Below the pieces are notes generated by a model. It was not told the origin of the DNA and searched no databases. It saw only the letters and a program-made list of their open reading frames with translations. Positions 59,220-64,000 of a stretch of DNA of 64,000 nucleotides are shown piece after piece. The first letter of the stretch is position 1. Each line of letters begins with the position of its first letter. The position numbers were made by a program, and so were the translations under genes. This stretch comes from Azolla caroliniana. Taxonomy: Eukaryota; Plantae; Polypodiophyta. Location: positions 11,780,001 through 11,844,000 of the forward strand of contig JBHGNT010000020.1 of the NCBI GenBank assembly GCA_043228905.1. Direction: 5' to 3'.

Positions 59220-60335
59220 CAACATCCACTTAGTGAAGACCCCCATCTTCCACACTCACACGAAGCACATTGAGGTGCACTATCATTTTGTCTACGAGCG
59301 AGTTCTCTCCGGTGAAGTCGAACGTGTTTATGTTCCGACAGATCGGTAGGTCGCTGATATCTTCACCAAACCTATTGGCCTAGACAAGTTGCAACAATTT
59401 TCGACTATGCTTGGCTTGCAGGACCTCAACATGCCAAACTTGAGGGGGAGAAGTAGCGAAATGAAAGACGAAAAAGAGAGAGATGAAGTCCGAAAAAACG
59501 AATCGCATGTGGAAGTCGACTTCGGGATAACTGAAGAAGCTGAGGACAGATATAGGGGGAGTGACCAAAAGAACGAGTTGAAGCCAACCGAACAAGGGGA
59601 AGGTAGAGCTGAGAAAGCCAAAGCATGTGGTAGAGCCAACCCGAAGATGAAGGCCAAGACCAGGACGTGGTCAGATGTGGTCAAGGGCCTAGAAGAAGAC
59701 AGATCGGAGACATCCGATTCGGTCGAGAAGAGTGTTTCGGATGAGCCGAATCACATGAAGACCAAACGAACGAGAAGGCAACTGAAGATGATGCCAAGGC
59801 AGGAGAGCCAACAGATTGAGGAGCGCCCAAGTCGCATAGGCAAGAAGAAGGCTAACGAAGGCCTTAGCAACAAACAAGCCGACTGAGCAAATCAAGGAGC
59901 GTCGAACACGATGGGTTGAGGAGTGCGAGCTAGGAGGCATGAAGCCAAGAGATGTTGGGGCGGTGGACCAACTGGAGCTAACGGAGAACCTCAAGTTGAG
60001 CTTGAGGGTGAGTGTTTAGTGAGCAAGCTCAACTTGGGCCGGATCAGCTTAAGAAGTCAAGAACCAGATTGGTTGGAAACCGATTAGTTAGGCCCGGATC
60101 AACTTAAGAAGTCGAAAGCCAGATCAGATGAAATCCGGTCGGTTAGACCGGATCGGTGGAGAGCTGGCAGGCCGTTAAGACCGATATTCCTCGTAGGAAT
60201 AATTTTGGGAGTCAGTGTCAGATGCTCATTTAATGAGCACTGAAGTACTTGTCAACCCATTGTGAGGGCTTGTATTTAAAGTGCTCATTGTGTAAAGAAT
60301 CAAGAAATGGATTCTGTGCAGCGGGATAGATATGA
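59220..60335 (+). mobile_element. 3' end of a Ty1/copia element (RNase H, 3' spacer, PPT, partial LTR)
   Basis: [10 protein letters not shown]...ADIFTKPIGLDKL. PPT ttgagcttgagggtgag, then the LTR starts TGTTT at 60013 and ends at the TG microsatellite. Confidence 0.8.
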
Positions 60336-60339
60336 ACTC

Positions 60340-60372
60340 TGTGTGTGTGTATGTGTGTGTGTGTGTGTGTGC

Positions 60373-60415
<43 letters not shown>

Positions 60416-63400
60416 GGAGTAAGACACCGAGAATACGCAAGGTTAAGTATATTAACAAAGGAGAAAGACTCAACATCATACAAGGTGGGAGGAGGGTGCT
60501 TTATATAGTCACCCTCTCTCTTCATTAACTACAAGACTCATGGAGCATGGGGAATGTGAAAGCTCATAAGTTATGTGTCATAGAATCTGATTCTATGACT
60601 CATACTAAATGCTAGAATACAAAGTGGTGACATAATGGTGACCCTTGACCGTTGGAGTGTCTATTCACTCTCAAGGTGAGTTCACACACTAGACCAAGTT
60701 GAGTTTGATTCTCAACACGCCCCCTCAAGCTCAAGTCGGGTCGGTTTCAGACGGTATCCAAAATCCGCTTCGACTCGCGTCGACTCGTATTTATGCGGAG
60801 TTGCGGAATCCGTGCTCCAGCTTGCGTTGTGCGTAGTTGCGAAGTCTGTGCTTCGACTTGCGTCTTTCTTCGTGGCTTTGCGCGGTAGATCGGCTCTTCG
60901 CGGCTTCGTTGCGCGGTTGAGGAATCCACGCGTTATTGCGTAGTGTCTTCAGTACTCACCCTCAACCTTGGCAGGTCAGGGATAGTCAATCCAAGATCGG
61001 TCATAAATTGCCATAGCTTGTCAGCTCCTAAGGCTTTAGTGAAGATGTCGGCCGTTTGAAGATTGGTGCTAATGTGTTGTAGGTCGACATCGCCAGCTAG
61101 AACACGCTCTCGGATGAAGTGATAGTGCACTTCGATGTGCTTTGTCCGCGCGTGGAACACCAGGTTCCGAGCCAGATAGATATTGCTCATGTTGTTGCAG
61201 TAAAGGGGAGTCAGATCCTTGAGTATCCGTCTGAGCCATATGGCTTCACATGCGGCCACTGTCGCGCCCCTATATTCCGCCTCTGTGCTCGAAAGAGCGA
61301 CGGTTGGTTGCTTTTTGCTGCTCCAGGATATTGTTCCGTTGCCGTGGGAAAAAACAAATCCGGACGTTGATCTTCTATCGGCTTTGTAGCCGGCCCAATC
61401 GGTGTTTGTGTACCCCTCGAGTCATATTGGCATCACGATCTTGTAGAGGATGTCGCAATCCATTGTGCCGCTCATGTATCGTAGAACTCGCTTAGCGCAA
61501 TCCAGGTGAGTATCACGCGGTGTTTGCATGAATTGACTGAGGAGACCGACTGAATAACTGAGATCGGGTCGAGTGATTGTGAGGTAGATGAGATTCCCGA
61601 TGAGTTGCCGATACTGAGTCGGCTCACACGCTTTGGTGCTGGAGTCCGCATCTAGTTTGAGATTGCGATCGAGCATGGTTGACACAGATTTGCACTCAGC
61701 CATACCGAACTTGTATAACAAGTTGAGGATGTAGAGCCATTGAAAGATCATGATTCCGGCCGGAGTCCGAATTACCTCGATGCTGAGGAAGTAGTGAAGC
61801 TCCTTCATGTCTGTCATCTCGAACTGTCGGACAGGAGAGATTTGACCTTATTGATTTTGACGAAATGCTCACCTCCAATGACTAGGTCATCCACATATAA
61901 GATGATGACGATTAGACTTGCGGAATCGCTTCGTATGTAGAGGGAGTTGTCCGATTTTGACATACAGAAGCCGATTTGATGAAGATATTGCGTTATCTTC
62001 GAATGCCAAGCACGTGGTGCTTGCTTGAGGCCGTAGAGTGGCTTCTTGAGTCAGCATACAACTTTCGGATGGGTGCTTGAGTTGAAGCCGGGTGGTTGTA
62101 TCATGTACACCTCTTCTAATTCGCCTTGGCGTTCTTAACGTCCATTTGAGGAGGTGCCACCCTTTCGCCGCGGCAAGCGCAATTATAGTCCGTACCGTCG
62201 TCATCTTTGCCACCGGGGCAAAGGTCTCTTCATAGTCAACTACGTGCGTTTGTGCGTAGCCTTTCGCTACGAGTCGCACTTTGTAGCGGTTGATGGAACC
62301 GTCGGTGTTGTACTTCACTTTGTAAATCCATCTGCATCTGATCGCCTTTTTGTGTGGTGAGGTGGGAACAAGATCCCACGTCTCGTTCTTGCGTAGTGCC
62401 TGCATCTCCTCGTTCATGGCTTCGATCCATCGCGGATCCTTGGCTGCTTCGGAAAATGTTTCCGGCTCGCATACTGTTGCCACCTTTATCATAAAGGCAA
62501 TCTCCGAACATGTCTTCGAGGCAATCTCCACCTTCTCGCTCTTGTTCGGCTGGTTCCGCGTCGATCGGGGTCGAAGTTGGAATCTTCTCTGGTGCGTACT
62601 AGGATCCAGATTCATTGAACACGACGTCTCGACTTACTCGAACTTTTCGGGTAGATGGGTTGTAGCATTTGTACCCCTTTTGTTCGAGTGAGTATCCTAC
62701 GAGGATACATTTCTCCGACTTTGGATCTAGCTTTTGCCACTTTTCATCGGGTATGTGCACGTATGCTATCGCGCCAAATATCCGGGTGTGCAATAAGTCC
62801 GGCTTCTTTCCGAAGTATTTTTCGTGCGGAGTGACCTCATGCACGCCGGATGTTGTGCACCGGTTCATTAGGTAGACGGCCGTATTTGGAGCTTCGGCCC
62901 AATATGACTTGGGCATATGCTTCTCGTTTATCATGGCCCCCGCTACTTCGAGGATGTGCCGTTTTTTGCGCTCGGCTACTCCGTTTTGTTGCGGAGTGTG
63001 TCGGCAAGTGAATTCTTGCCAAATTCCTTCCTTTCGGAGATACACCATGAAATCGTCCGAGAAGTACTCCTTGCCGCCATCTGATCGAAGGCATCATACA
63101 TGATGACCAATGGCTTTTTCGACTTCGTTTTTAAACTTTTGGAAGTATCCGAACATTTCGCTCTTATGCCGCATCGGATAGAGCCACGTGTGCCTAGAGA
63201 AGTCATCGATGAAGAGCATGTAATATCGACATTCGCTGAATGTAGCCGTCTGCGCCGGTCCCCATACGTCGGAATGGACTACGTCGAGTAGAACTTTGCT
63301 CACGTTCCGTTCTTTCGGGAATGGGTGTCAGTGTTGCTTGCCGAATTGGCACGCTTCGCATACACCTTCAATCTCCTTCTCTTTGAATGTCGGGAGTCCG

Positions 63401-64000
63401 ATGACGACTCCTTTCGATTTCATTGCTTTGAGTTTGTTGAGATTGATGTGGCTAATTCGCTTGTGCCATAGCTCTACGTCGGAGTCTGCTTTCGTGCTTT
63501 TTGCGAACATGGCGGATTTCATCTCGTGTGAATCGAGAATGAACATTCGGCCCTCTCTTCTTCCCCGTAGGATGATTCGGCCCTCTTTTTAAATGAAGCA
63601 CCCTTCTTGGTCGAATCGTACTTGCATCCCTTGCTCAACCATTTGGCCAACCGAGACCAAATTCTTCGTGATGGTGGGAACATGCAAGACATTTTTAATG
63701 TATGTTTGCTTACCTCTTTCGCCGAATGGAACATTGCCGATGTGCTGAATCGGGTGTGTAGTGTCATCTCCGGTTTCGACATAACCGGGTCGCTCCGTCT
63801 CTCAAAGTTCGACAAACCATTCTTTATGAGATGTCATATGGTTTGAGGCTCCAGAGTCAACAAACCATACGTCCTACGGATTGAGGGCACTAGTTGAGGT
63901 AGAGGCCGACATAGAGTTTGCTCTATGTTTCATCATGAACATTCCGCCACGGTCGGAGTTGTGTGCATACATTCCGCTATACTCTTCGTAGTCGGAATTG
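60340..64000 (-). mobile_element. Ty1/copia element, same family as 1355-7516, continues off the window end
   Basis: Partial 3' LTR to 60717 and PPT cgccccctcaag. RNase H ([13 protein letters not shown]), RT, integrase (VVHSDVWGP, TPQQNGVAERK) and protease (WFVDSGASNHM). Confidence 0.92.

Noticed and set aside
59389-59886. env-like extra ORF in copia
   Set aside because: It is a charged, low-complexity continuation after RNase H with no transmembrane segment.

Overview
Eukaryotic, repeat-rich plant genomic DNA. The PLS-type PPR relics, microsatellite density and TE families suggest a seed-free plant such as a fern; this is an inference. Three spliced host genes are supported: RNA polymerase III subunit RPC9/C17 (+, 18055-20108), snurportin-1 (-, 22867-27389), and a P5CS-derived gene encoding only the gamma-glutamyl kinase domain (-, 33495-37153). 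The rest is nested transposable elements: four Ty1/copia elements, several Ty3/gypsy elements and non-autonomous derivatives (two with a visible tRNA-Trp PBS), a nearly intact hAT transposon, LINE relics, a 909-bp foldback element, a PPR pseudogene and tandem repeats. The main candidate novelty is that three different LTR sequences each carry a tRNA-like Pol III A-box/B-box cassette, antisense near the LTR 5' end, analogous to the 5S cassette of Cassandra TRIMs. Other notable points are the kinase-only P5CS with altered ATP-loop and feedback motifs, an inverted duplication of the snurportin upstream region fused in frame to a gypsy RT, a candidate -1 frameshift site in the gypsy, and several unusual rearrangement junctions. 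All calls were made by eye, without database searches.
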